DNA of 64,000 nt from NCBI GenBank assembly GCA_016748015.1, contig JAAOMT010000112.1, forward strand, positions 124,644 to 188,643, given 5' to 3'. The translations under genes were made by a program, and so were the position numbers. The notes beneath the pieces were generated by a model. It was not told the origin of the DNA, did no database searches, and saw only the letters and a list, made by a program, of their open reading frames with translations. Position 1 is the first letter of the stretch. Each line of letters begins with the position of its first letter. Shown in pieces: positions 45,476 to 58,057 of this stretch. Origin of the DNA: Geosiphon pyriformis uo1 (taxonomy: Eukaryota > Fungi > Glomeromycota).

Positions 45476-48400
45476 TTTTTTTATTAGAAGTTTTATAAAT
45501 GCAGTCCAATCATTACCTAAATACATAGAAACAAAACAAAATTTAAATTAAGTGTGGCTTATGCTTTTTCTACACATGACCAGCCACTTGGGCCAATCAA
45601 AACAGCACTACACACCTAGATTTCTTATCACAGAGATATTATGTAAAAAACCAAAATCCAATTTGGTCAGATGTAAATACAACCCAAAGCACACATAGAT
45701 ACTTAACCTGAAACTGAAATTACAGATCATTTCAACAGACTATAAGAAAGACATATTAGATACTGAAGGAAAAAAAGAACTGTCACATGGCAGGAGATTA
45801 TGTTTCTTATAAAAGAATCTCAACTTAGCCGCAGGCAGCCAAATGGCAGATCTGTAACTCTTAGTAAAATGATGAACAAATTGATGACCAATACACCTTC
45901 ACCAAAATCAGCACCCAAATGGTCTACCATGTTAACCACCCAACTCTTCAACACAAAACTCTTAGCCAGTGCTGTGAACAAATCAATAAAGAAAGTAGTC
46001 TCACTCAATGAACTAGTGATTGCATTCTTATTGGCAGAAGCATCCAGCAATGCATTCTATTTTAGAGTAGCATTAAACAATAAAGTTTTCTGAACATTGA
46101 CATCATGAGCACAAGAAAACATGTAATTAGAGTCTTTTACCAAACCACACTGAATGCAAGCAATATTTAGATATCTTGAATTATACATCTTTTTTCTTTT
46201 GGCTACTGGCAAGCAATAATAAAATGCCTTTATGAAGTATGACCAAAGTGCTACCAACACAGTGCAAATGCAGTCAGATCTGATCTTGCCATTAGGATGC
46301 CAAACACAAAAGGTCTTGGCCTTATCAAAATGGCCACAAAGCTCTGCACCAATAATTCTACCAACACATCTGGTCTCCCAACCAACAGAGTAAACAGCAT
46401 TGAATAAATTTTTAACAACATAATAAGCATTCCCAATAACAGATCTGTCTTCAACATTGAGAAAACAATAAGACATCATGAGGGGCAGAAAGGACCTAAA
46501 GATAATAGTGACATCAGCATAGAAATCAGCACATTTATTCCCAACAACACCAGAATAACTCTTGACCTTATTTTAAGTAACCAACAAACTCTTTTTGGAA
46601 ATAACTCAGCAAATATGTTTTTTTTCGATTTAGCATTTGTCACAAAAGTTAGGACTAGACACACCATTGACAGAGTTGCACATGTTCAGTAAAGCTTGGC
46701 TGTCTATAAACAAGTTAACAGATCAAGAAACAGACACACACTCCAAAGCAAGAGCAATAGTCTGTAACTCAACTAGAGTTAATGACAACAACCCATCCAT
46801 CTTAATCCCAATGCTAGTGTTTACATTCAGAAAGTAGGTGGCAACATTACCGCAAGCATCCAATGAACCCAAATCTTTGACAGAACTATCAGTATAAACA
46901 GTTATAAAACCCAACCCAGAATTTAACAGATGCTTATTAACGTAACTAAAGTCATAAGAAGAGTTAGTAAGAGCAGAATAAGAAGACAACAACACACCAT
47001 TTGACAAACCATCCTTATTAATAAATTCGACTATAAAAACAAACCAGACAGGAACTGGGCCTTTAGAGTCCAGCTTCTTTTATCTACAAAAAGTGTTCCA
47101 TGTAAAACATATGTCACAATAATCTAGAAGCTGGTTTGCAAACACAATACTGTATTTTTTAAAAAACTTTGCCATGTTCAAATAAGACTCAAAACTGAGC
47201 ATATTTAAGACTGCAATATTATTCTTGGCCTGAAAAACATTAGGCAGAACACCACCTAAAAACAAGTTGCACAATTTAAGAGCACATGTTGCACCAGCCA
47301 AAAAACAATTTATGGTATCAATCAGTAGCATGATTGGAACTCAAAGAGGGTGCCAGGACATCCAGTTAGCAGCCTACAACTCCATGGTTCTGTGCTCAAA
47401 TAATTTACTGAGGATTCTGTCTGCATTAGTGAAACTAATCAAACCAGCCAATAGATTTTCAGCCAGCACTTGCTCAAAAGTTCTTAAACCATAAAGCTCC
47501 AGATGATACAAAATCTTATTTGGAAAATCTTTGGGCAAATTGGTCTTGAGCTTTAAATCCTTTCTCAACATTTTGTCCCACTTCTTACACACATTCTTTA
47601 AAACACAATTGAACTGCAGCCTATAACCAATTATGGGCTGCAAAACAGCAGAAACCAAATATAAAAACTGCTTCTTAGTAATAGTCTTTCTTAAAAACCA
47701 TATTTGAAAAGAACTTAATATCTGAATAAGCTTTGGCCAAACTTGGTTTTGACATGCTATTCATAAAAAAAAAATCTTTAAGTACTGGTAAGACTTACAC
47801 TTTTTGGCTATGAATATTTTAGAGCCACTAATAGACAACAAAACTTTCCTGGTCTTTTGATTAATAAGAATGACAACCATTTTGTCTACATTAATAGAAA
47901 TGTCATTGATCACAAAAAATTCACTTGCAATGTTCAAAATGCATTGTGTAACTGCCAAGCAATTCTTAACCCAAATGATGTCATCTACAAAGGTACCAGC
48001 TGCAAAAAAGGAAGTCTTACCACTCTTAGAATCAACTTTGCCAGTCCTTGTGAAAAATTTTGAACTCAACTTATAACCACACAATTGCTCATGTTTTTTG
48101 ACTTCACAAAGCAAAGGATCATAGAAGATTCTCCACAGCAATGACAAAAAAACTTTTCTTTGATTCAACTTATTGTAAACAGTATATCTATTAGTTAGTC
48201 TAAAGTCTGTTATTACCCAGTTGGTCTAATTATTGTGTATGTTTCCAAAAAATTTTATAAAATGGGGGCACATCTTGATCCTAATTAAACTGTTTTACAA
48301 ATGAGACTATTCAACTAAGTCATAGGCCTTTCACATGTCCTGAAGGACCAACCACAGCTCCCTGTCTTTTTCAAGCACATTCTCAATAATAAAGCCAATG

Positions 48401-49418
48401 GTAAAAATTAGAGTCTGAATAGACATACCTTTCAAAACTGAGAAATTATCACCACAAAGAATGTTAAATTTACTGCAAGCCAGAGATATCTTGTCAAAAA
48501 AAACTTTAAACAGTATCTTTTTAGCAATTTCAATTAATGCTATAGGTTTGGTATTGGTGAGTGTTCTTTCCTAATTATATGGCTTCAGTATTATAGAAAT
48601 TCAGACTTGTTTCCACTGTAAAAGAACTGTACCTAACACTAAACATATATTAAGAATGTTTAACAAACCACCAAAAACCTAAGCATTTCTATGCTTCCAA
48701 AGCTTATTAAGAATACCAGAAATGCCAGCAGCTTTCCCATTAGGCAGTCCCTTGACCATTAAGAAAAACTTATCAGATCCAATCACACCCATAACATTTG
48801 AAAATGCATTATCTTTAACATAATTCAAAGAGTCATATTGATTTGACCAACAAGTAGGCAAAAAATTAAGAGCAATCCATTTTTTTGTTCATCTTTCTAT
48901 GATAATATTAACAGTGAATTTAATTTTACCAGGTACCAAAATTAACTTATCATTCACAACTAGATGGTCCAGCACTATTTTCTTGAATAGCTATTCCAAA
49001 ACACTCTTAATTATGTGTCCTTTATTGGAGCAAAAGTTTTTCATATATTTGTTTATTGCTTTCCTGATAAAAACATCCCTGGCCACCCTAGACTTATAAT
49101 ATTTGGACTTTTGATACAACTTTTTGACACTTGACAGATGTTATAGAATGCTCTCCTTGTTTTTACTATTACCAAATATTGTGCATGCTTTGAAGGCTCT
49201 CTTACTATCAATAGTAGACCATATATTAAAAAAGTGAATGGCTTCTGATTTCTGATCTGAGCTTAAACACTTCACCAACTTGGCCACCAACAATTCCAGC
49301 CTAAAAAATCTTGAAGACTGCTTATTTCTTAAACAACCAAAGTTATTAAACCAGTGCCTAAAAAACACATTATTAGCTGAGCTTATTATTATCTCTTTAA
49401 GGATTTCTCATATAACAT

Positions 49419-49689
49419 TGTTACCAGTAGAATTTTAGCTATTAATTAGCATGAAATTACCCTTATAATTCCTATAATTAATTAGTATATTAATATCATT
49501 TCAAATTATCATTTATTATTTAATCAATTATCACATATTACGATTCAATTAAAATAATCTAATTAGTATAACAGAAAGTAGGATAATCAAATTACACAAT
49601 ACTCTGAACTTTGTAACATTCTAAAATTCGCCGAAATTTACAGAAATTCGCCGAAATTTATAAGAAATTCGCCGAAATTATGAATAGTT
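49419..49689 (+). repeat. 5' LTR (visible part; remainder and PBS lost in the N gap)
   Basis: Near-identical to 58038-58287. Confidence 0.95.
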
Positions 49690-50271
49690 NNNNNNNNNNN
49701 NNNNNNNNNNNNNNNNNNNNNNNNNNNNNNNNNNNNNNNNNNNNNNNNNNNNNNNNNNNNNNNNNNNNNNNNNNNNNNNNNNNNNNNNNNNNNNNNNNNN
49801 NNNNNNNNNNNNNNNNNNNNNNNNNNNNNNNNNNNNNNNNNNNNNNNNNNNNNNNNNNNNNNNNNNNNNNNNNNNNNNNNNNNNNNNNNNNNNNNNNNNN
49901 NNNNNNNNNNNNNNNNNNNNNNNNNNNNNNNNNNNNNNNNNNNNNNNNNNNNNNNNNNNNNNNNNNNNNNNNNNNNNNNNNNNNNNNNNNNNNNNNNNNN
50001 NNNNNNNNNNNNNNNNNNNNNNNNNNNNNNNNNNNNNNNNNNNNNNNNNNNNNNNNNNNNNNNNNNNNNNNNNNNNNNNNNNNNNNNNNNNNNNNNNNNN
50101 NNNNNNNNNNNNNNNNNNNNNNNNNNNNNNNNNNNNNNNNNNNNNNNNNNNNNNNNNNNNNNNNNNNNNNNNNNNNNNNNNNNNNNNNNNNNNNNNNNNN
50201 NNNNNNNNNNNNNNNNNNNNNNNNNNNNNNNNNNNNNNNNNNNNNNNNNNNNNNNNNNNNNNNNNNNNNNN

Positions 50272-53200
50272 NTTTGGAAACTACAATATTTCAGAAGTTA
50301 GAAGCAACCTCTACAATAATTTAGTGCACTATTCACAATTGGGAACAGAAGACCTGAACAGTGAAACACTTGCTACCTACTTCCAAGAACTTAATTTTAA
50401 CATTATTGAGTATTGTGAAAAAAAATACCCAGTACAGTCTAAATATTTTTTTGACTTTGAATCAGAGACAGAAACAAGCAACAAAGGCAAACAAAGATTG
50501 AAGCAATACTCAAGAACCACTCCAAACACTCCAACACTACAAAAGACAACTGCCAGACACTTGCAAACACCTGAACAAGGAACCAGTGTCAAATTACCAC
50601 TTTCTATTACACCATTTCCAATTTCACTTGTTCAACCACAAACACCAAGTTTACCACTTAACCGTTTCTCCAGACCAGAAGATTTTCAGTCACCTAAAAA
50701 TTCTACTCAACAACAGGAACCAATATTAACAAGTGCCAATATCATTGATTACTTACAGAAAAACGAAAGTAATCACTCAGAAAGCTTGGAAAGTAAAGAA
50801 ACTGAATCAGAACCAGAAGAAATTACAGAAAACAAAAAAGAAATGGCAACTGCTTATATTGCAAAAATCCCAGAATTCACTGGTAAAAACAATGATACCA
50901 GTCCTCAAGAATGGCTTGACAAAGTTCAAAAAGCAGAAGATGCAAATGGTTGGATTGCAGCAAGAATGCTCAAAGCAATTCCCTACTTTTTCCAAGGAAC
51001 AACAGGAGAATGGTTTAAGAACTTAGAAAAACCATTTGAAAACTGGCAAGCATTCAAAGATGCTTTTCTACAACAATTCACCAACAACAATACCTCTATC
51101 ACTCTCAAAAACCACTTTTGCAATATCAAACAAGAAACATCTAAAACTGTTATGACCTATCTTGAAAAATTTAATAAACTTCTCAGATGAATCCAACAAT
51201 TGGAAACCAATGACTACTATTCTAATGCTCAAATTCTGGATCAGTTTATAGCAGGGTTAAAAAACAAACTAATTAAAAAAGTCTGTTCACATGCTCCAGC
51301 AGACTTAGCAACTGCTATTAGACATGCAAAGAGCTATGAAATAGCAATAGAAAAAGCAAATCACACCAAGCTTATAAACCTTGCAATTGGAGAAACCAGC
51401 TCAGCAGCTGAAGAGAAGATAAACCAACTCACAAAAAAGGTTAAAAGTTACTTCACAAACCAACAACAACAGCAACAACAACCACAAAGATATCAACCTC
51501 CACAATGATACAACCAAAACAATTTTGGATCACTATTTAACAACCAACCTCAAAATTGTCATTATTGTGGAATTCCAGAACACTGGAAACAAGATTGTAG
51601 GAAATTACAAAAAAACCAACAAAACAGGAGTAATCAACATTACTTTTTATCACAACAATTCTATTACTAATTTTCACCACCAACTTATTATTCACCAAGA
51701 CCACAAAATCAAAACAGTTACTATCTACCAGCTCCACAACTAATGTAGCAACAATATCAGCAACTTTTACCAATTCAGCCATATCAGATACCACCCACTC
51801 AACAATATCAAGTACCAGCAAGAAGATTGGTTTAACATAACCAATTTACACCCCAAAATCAATTGCAGAGTAACTACAACAGAATCAATTCAAATAACCA
51901 GTTGGTTCTCCGAAATTCTGGTCAGCAAAGACCCAATCACTATTACACTCAATCCAGTTATCTTATAATACCAGAAAAATCGGATTTTCAACAAACTGCA
52001 CTTTCTGAAGGTGAAATTGCAGTGCCAAGATCAAACCCTTCCAACCACACCATTCTACTAGCTCAAATTGTCCAAAATGCCAATCTGTCAGATATATTTC
52101 CATTTGAATTTGAAGCAAATAAATCACTATTTTTGCTTAGTAATGCAGCAGTCAATGAACAGAAAGCAATTACTGTTATGTACACAGAAGCTACAGTGGA
52201 AGGAAAACCCATTTGCTTAATCTTAGATAGTGGATTGGCTGGAAGTATCATCACTTACCAGCTGATACAACAACTCAAACAAAATGTAGACAGACCAGCT
52301 CAAACAGTTATTGTCACAGCTGATGGTATGAAGAAGACTCCAGTAGGAAAAATTGATGATTTCCCTTTTTTAATTGATAGAATTACCATTCCAGTTAAAG
52401 TTCTTGTTATAGATGCACCTCAATACCAAGCTCTAGTCGGAAATGATTGGCTTCTCAAGGCCAATGCAAACCTGAACTGGGAAACTCAAGAACTTAAAAT
52501 CTTATACCAAGAACAATATATCATAGTACTTGCAATCTGTGGTACTTTTAACAAACGATCAAAAAAAGCCCCAGTATTTGAATTTAAAGAGGAGAAAGAA
52601 ATACCACTTACTGAAACCTACATGGCTCTTGGATCAACATCCAATTGGGCTGAAGAAACAGAACAGGAGATTTTTGAAGAATCAAGGGGATGGAAGAAAG
52701 TTAGATATTCTACACCAAAACCACAGAAACAACCACTCTATATTCTACTCAAATGCAAAGATTGCAACAAAAAACTTTCATCAATGGGAGCATGTATTTC
52801 TCCAGAAGAGGAATATGAAACTCGTACCTGTTACTTTTGCAAAGCATGCCATAGAGAACGATTTGGATCTCCAAAAAGAAGTGGAAAATGGAACAATACA
52901 CCTTGCCTTACATGTGGAGAAATGCTACCAGAAGAATGCAATTGGATTGATGTAGCAATGAGAGGAGGAGTATGTGATCAAATCTGTCAATATGCTCTAT
53001 CAATTTCGGAAAAAGTCAAAAGAGGAACACTATTTGATGCAGCATACAACAGTGCTTTCAATAAACTTTACCACTACCTTCATGATGCTGAAATGATTTT
53101 TGACTTAGCAATGACATTAATCAATAGAGCCACCCAAGAAGATGTCCGCCAAATGAAAGAAGCTGAATATATTAAGTATACTATGAAATTAGCTGGATTT

Positions 53201-55750
53201 GATTATGAAAATGAAGTAGAAACCTACCACCAAATTGCAAGCCACACATATCCGACCAAAGAAGCTCAAATTCAATGATTAGAGCAAATGAACATTCAAT
53301 TGTGTGAAGAATGTGTTATGCCTTGTGATGACCAATGGTGTTTAGAATGTTATGCTCTTAGCATTCCTCTGCCAGATGAGAAGAATGAAAATAAAATCGA
53401 ATTTGGAGTATCTGAACTAGTAGAAAAACTACCAACCACTCCCATTTATCTTCTTGAAAAGCAATCATCTCTACAACTTAAATATTTTGACAACCATGGC
53501 CAAGGAATCAGACCAAAAAAAGCACACGAAATTGATGCTGGATATAACTTAAGATACCCAGGAAAAGATACTTTGGTTCTCCAACCAAAGTTTTTGACAA
53601 TAATCAATCTCAAAATTGCTCTTGAAATTCCACCAGAAGCAATGGTTTAAATTGCCTCCAGATCATCATTGTTAAGCAAAGGAATCAATATTAGAGGAGA
53701 AGTTATAGATACAGGATACACTGGAGACATTACTATTATGTTATAGAATGAGACGGACAAACCATTCAAAATTAAACATGCTAAAAAAATTGCTCAAGCA
53801 ATTTACTTATTCTTAATCAACATTTCGGGATTACAATCAGTAAACAACAGAGAACAATTGGGAAAAAGTAAAAAAGGAACTCAAGGTTTTGGTTTAACTG
53901 AACAATTTACAGTTCCAGTAAACATAGCTCTTAATACACAAAATGAATCTCACCAGATTCTTCAACTTCCCCAGCCAATTACTATTTCATTTTTTGAAGA
54001 ACATCACAAAATTTACACTTGTTCAAAACCCACCACTACACAACAAATTTCTGAATTCAATAAACAAATCTGTTTAAAGCATGAAATTTCAATTCCAAAT
54101 GTTTATATTCCCAAAGGAATACAAAAATTTCAAGTTATATTCTACAACCTTAATAATTACCTTATTGTTTTATTAAACAAACTAGAGATTGGAATCATAC
54201 ACAGCAATATTTTTCAAGATAAAAACTCTCAAATTGTCTCTAATTTCATCGAAATTGTAAGGCACACTTTATTTCCAAATCCAAATATCATTCTCACTAC
54301 TGAAAACTACCACTTTTTGGAAGAAAAACTTTCTCAAATCAACATGGGTCTCTTAGAATCTCAACAACAAAGACAATTGAAACAATTGCTAGCTGAATTT
54401 GCAAATATATTTGCAAAAGACAACAATAACTTGGGAAAAATGAACATTGTTTAACATCAGATCTATACAAGAGATGCTCCACCAAAACTTCAACAAGCTT
54501 ATCAAATGCCACTTGCCAGCCACCAATTCATTAGAGAAGAGGTCCAAAGAATGCTCAATAATGGATTGATTCAACCATCAAGAAGTCCTTAGGCCTCACC
54601 AGTAGTTTTAGTTAAAAAGAAAAACGGAAAAATCAGATTCTGTGTTGATTATAAACAACTAAATAGTATTACAATTAAAAATGCCTACCCTTTTTCAAGA
54701 ATTGATAACATGCTAGATGCTCTAAGAAAAGCCAAGTTTTTCTCAACTTTAGACTTGAAAAGTGGATACTGACAAGTCGAAATGGACCCAAAAGACTGGC
54801 CCAAAACAGCATTTACCACTCAGGGAGGAAACTATGAGTTTAATGTTATGCCTTTTAAACTCTGCAATGCACCAGCAACATTCCAACAACTTATAGATGT
54901 TGTATATAAAAGACTCTTATGGCAATCAATAGTTGTTTATCTTGATGACACTAATGTATACTCACCAAGCTTTGAGACTCATCTCATTCATCTGCAAGAA
55001 GTTTTTTAACAATTACAGAAAGCAGGATTAAAGTTAAACATTGAAAAATGTCACTTTGGAAAAACAAGCTTGATCTTTCTTGAACACATAGTTAGTAAAG
55101 ATGGAGTCAAACCAAATTCAGGAACAATCAGTGCTGTCAAAAACTTTCAAACCCCCAAAAATACTACAGAACTAAAAGGATTTGTAGGATTAACTTTTTA
55201 CTATCGAAAATTCATAAAAGGATTCTCAGAAATTGCCAAACCACTCAATTATCTTATCAACAAAAACGTACCATACAAATAGACTGAAAAACAACAAAAA
55301 GCTTTTGAAACTCTCAAAACAAAATTGACAACAGCCCCAGTTCTTGCTTATCCAGACTTCAACAAATGATTCCAATTAGTCACTAATGCTTCACACATAG
55401 CATTTGGTACTATCTTACCACAATTGGATGAAAATGACCAGGAACAAGTTATTGCTTATGCCAGCAAAACACTTAAGCCAACAGAACTCAAATATGGCTT
55501 AACTGAATTGAAAGCTGCTGCAGTCATCTGGGCTCTTAAACACTTTCAACAATACTTGAAGAATGGAAAAGAATTTGACATAATAACTGACAATATTGGT
55601 CTCAAATGGCTTAATAAAAAGAAAACTGAACAAAGTGCCAAACAGTCTCAATGGAATGACTTTCTAGCAGACTACAAATACATTGTACATCACAACCCAG
55701 GAAAACTACACACTAATGTTGATAGCCTCTCAAGAATGAGACAATATTAA
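50272..55750 (+). pseudogene. Single-frame Gag-PR-(Cys-rich)-dUTPase-RT-RNase H polyprotein, broken by point stops
   Basis: Track ORFs 50324, 51200, 51863, 53288, 53858, 54782, 55070 and 55424 share one frame; Gag IPEFTG..EWLDKV, CHYCGIPEHWKQDC; PR LILDSG..LVGNDWL; RT RFCVDY, KTAFTT..MPF.LCNAPATFQ, YLDD; RH IAYASK..ELKAAAVIWAL..TDN..NVDSLSR. Confidence 0.93.
53470..53900 (+). pseudogene. dUTPase domain within the Gypsy polyprotein
   Basis: Motifs I-V: AHEIDAGYNL, IASRSSL, GEVIDTGYTGDI, KIAQAI, KGTQGFGLT. Confidence 0.9.
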
Positions 55751-55817
55751 TACTAACATCAACACCAACAAAACACCAACAAACTTAACAGCAGAACAAA
55801 CAACAAGATTAACAACA

Positions 55818-57203
55818 ATGGATCCAGAAAACTACAACAACATCAAAAACTATTTGGAGACTCTCATCATGCCAGAAAATTGGTCTTCAAGTAAAAAACA
55901 TTAATTACAATACCAATCCAAACAATATTTTATACATTATAACAAAATATATTACAAAAATTGTAAAAACCCAAACCAACCACTCAGATTAGTACAGAAA
56001 AATGAAAAAAAAACAATTCTATACAACATGCATACAGATTTTTCTTCAGCACACTTGGGAAGAGATGGAACAATTTAAAGAACTCTTGAATATTATTTTT
56101 GGCCTTATATGTAAAAAGACATTTGACAATATGTAGAATCTTGTGATAGTTGTCAAAGAAGAGAAGGAACTTGCCCCACAGAACCTTTAAATTCAATCAA
56201 AGTTGGACAACTTTTTGACAGAGTTGGAATTGATTTAGTCAGACCATTACCTATCACAACCCAAAAAAATTGTTATATTGCAGTTGCAGTGGATTATCTT
56301 ACCAAATGGCCTGAAGCTAGAGTCATCCAAAAAGCAGATGCAAAATCAGTAGCAAATTTCATCTATGAAGACATTATCTGTAGACATGGATGCCCAATTG
56401 AACTCTTATCTGATCAAGGAACACATTTTGTGAACAACTTAATACAAGAAATTTGTGAATGGTTCAATGTCAAAAAACTTCTATTATCACCTTATCACTC
56501 TCAAACAAATGGACTTGTAGAACGTTTCAACAGAACATTGTGTGAATCTCTAGCCAAAGTCTCAACAGACTTTGAACAGGAATGGGATATCTTTATTCCA
56601 TCAGTATTACTAGCATACAGAATGCTAAAACAAGATACTATAAAACACACACTATTTGATCTTACTTATGAAAAGACAGCAACATTACCAATTAATTTCA
56701 CAGTAAAAACATACCCAGTGCAACCAATCAATGAAGAAAACTTTCAAGAAACACTTCAAAGAAGAGCCTATACTCTTCTTAGTACACTGGAAGGAAAAAG
56801 AAGAATAGCAGCAACTCATATTGAACATTCCCAAGCTCAACAAAAAGAAAGACATGACAACAAATTACCACCTATTACTAACAAATTTAAAGTTAGAAAT
56901 AAAGTTCTCTTACACAAAACTAAGGCTGAAAAACAATGGAGTGGAAAATTTGAAAACAAATGGGATGGACCATTTTATATTCACAAAATTCTAGGCAATG
57001 GATCATACAAGTTAAAACTTGATGACAAAATACTAGCAAAAGTTGCACATGGAGACAGATTGAAACACTATCATTCCAAAAACAATCCTGAACCATTAAT
57101 TCCACAAATTGGTACACATTTCTCTTTAATTAATCCTGAAGATATTCCCCGAAATTTAGAATCAATAATTATAATAGAACAACAACCAAACTTGAACACT
57201 TAA
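55818..57203 (+). pseudogene. Integrase as a separate ORF (HHCC, DDE core, GPF/Y-like C-terminus)
   Basis: Own ATG (MDPENY) in a different frame after the RH stop; H..AHLG..CDSCQ; GIDLV, VDYLTKWPEA, LSDQGTHF, QTNGLVERFNRTL, KWDGPFYI. Confidence 0.9.
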
Positions 57204-57348
57204 ATTTTACAATAATTTTCTAATAAAAACACAAAGACAAAAATAGTAAATAATTATAAAAAACACCCAAACCCAAAAACAAATAAAAACTTCATATCCA
57301 AAAAATAATTTTCTTTATTCTCTCTTTTCATAATTAGTCAATTTTATC

Positions 57349-58057
57349 ATGATTATTCTCCGAAATATTCAACAAATATCCCAAAAATTAATGTTAGCCT
57401 TGAAAACACTTTCTGACTTATCCATAACGATTAATGGAAGTCAAATTAATTACATTCAGAAAGAAATCACAGCCCCAGTAGCAAATTCATTAACAGAACT
57501 ATTACCTCTATAGAAGAAAAACAAGAAGTCACTCTGAAAATAGATTACCAAGACTTTTGAAGCAAGCACTAGAAGAAAATTTTTTAATTGCCCCTATTGA
57601 CATTCCACCAAATACTACAATGCAACAAAAACTTCTACTACTTTTCAATGAACAGAACAATGAACACACCCTTATCTATAAATACTTTCACATTGGAAAG
57701 ACACTTTATGAACAAAAAATGGAACTTGAAGCAACAAATCTCACTCCTGAAGCTATACAAAAACAAATCCACAATAAATTCAAAACAGCAGCTGGACCAA
57801 CAAACACTTGCTACAAACTTAGAGCAGCTTTTAGACTCTATGATTTGTTTAATACTTGTGAAAATGTTCTACAAAATCCAATACTGCAACCAATGAAAGT
57901 CCAATATATTGGCAAACTCACAGAACTGAAATTTCAACAATTTTCAGACCAGATTATTTCAATTATTTTGGATCACTATCTCAATATTACAGATAGTACT
58001 TGGACTTTGACGGAGCTCAGTCTTGAGAAGGAGATTATATTACCAGTAGAATTTTAG
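57349..58057 (+). pseudogene. Extra Gypsy ORF3 of unknown function (probable frameshift near 57500), ending inside the 3' LTR
   Basis: ATG 57349 frame open to ~57511, then a 166-aa frame 57557-58057; no signal peptide or TM segment visible. Confidence 0.6.
58025..58037 (+). other. Polypurine tract
   Basis: GAGAAGGAGA(TTA) immediately before the 3' LTR. Confidence 0.7.

Noticed and set aside
49624-49679. CRISPR-like short palindromic repeats
   Set aside because: Spacers are only a few bp, there are no cas genes, and the context is a eukaryotic LTR
57557-58057. ORF3 as an env gene
   Set aside because: No signal peptide, furin site or transmembrane helix visible
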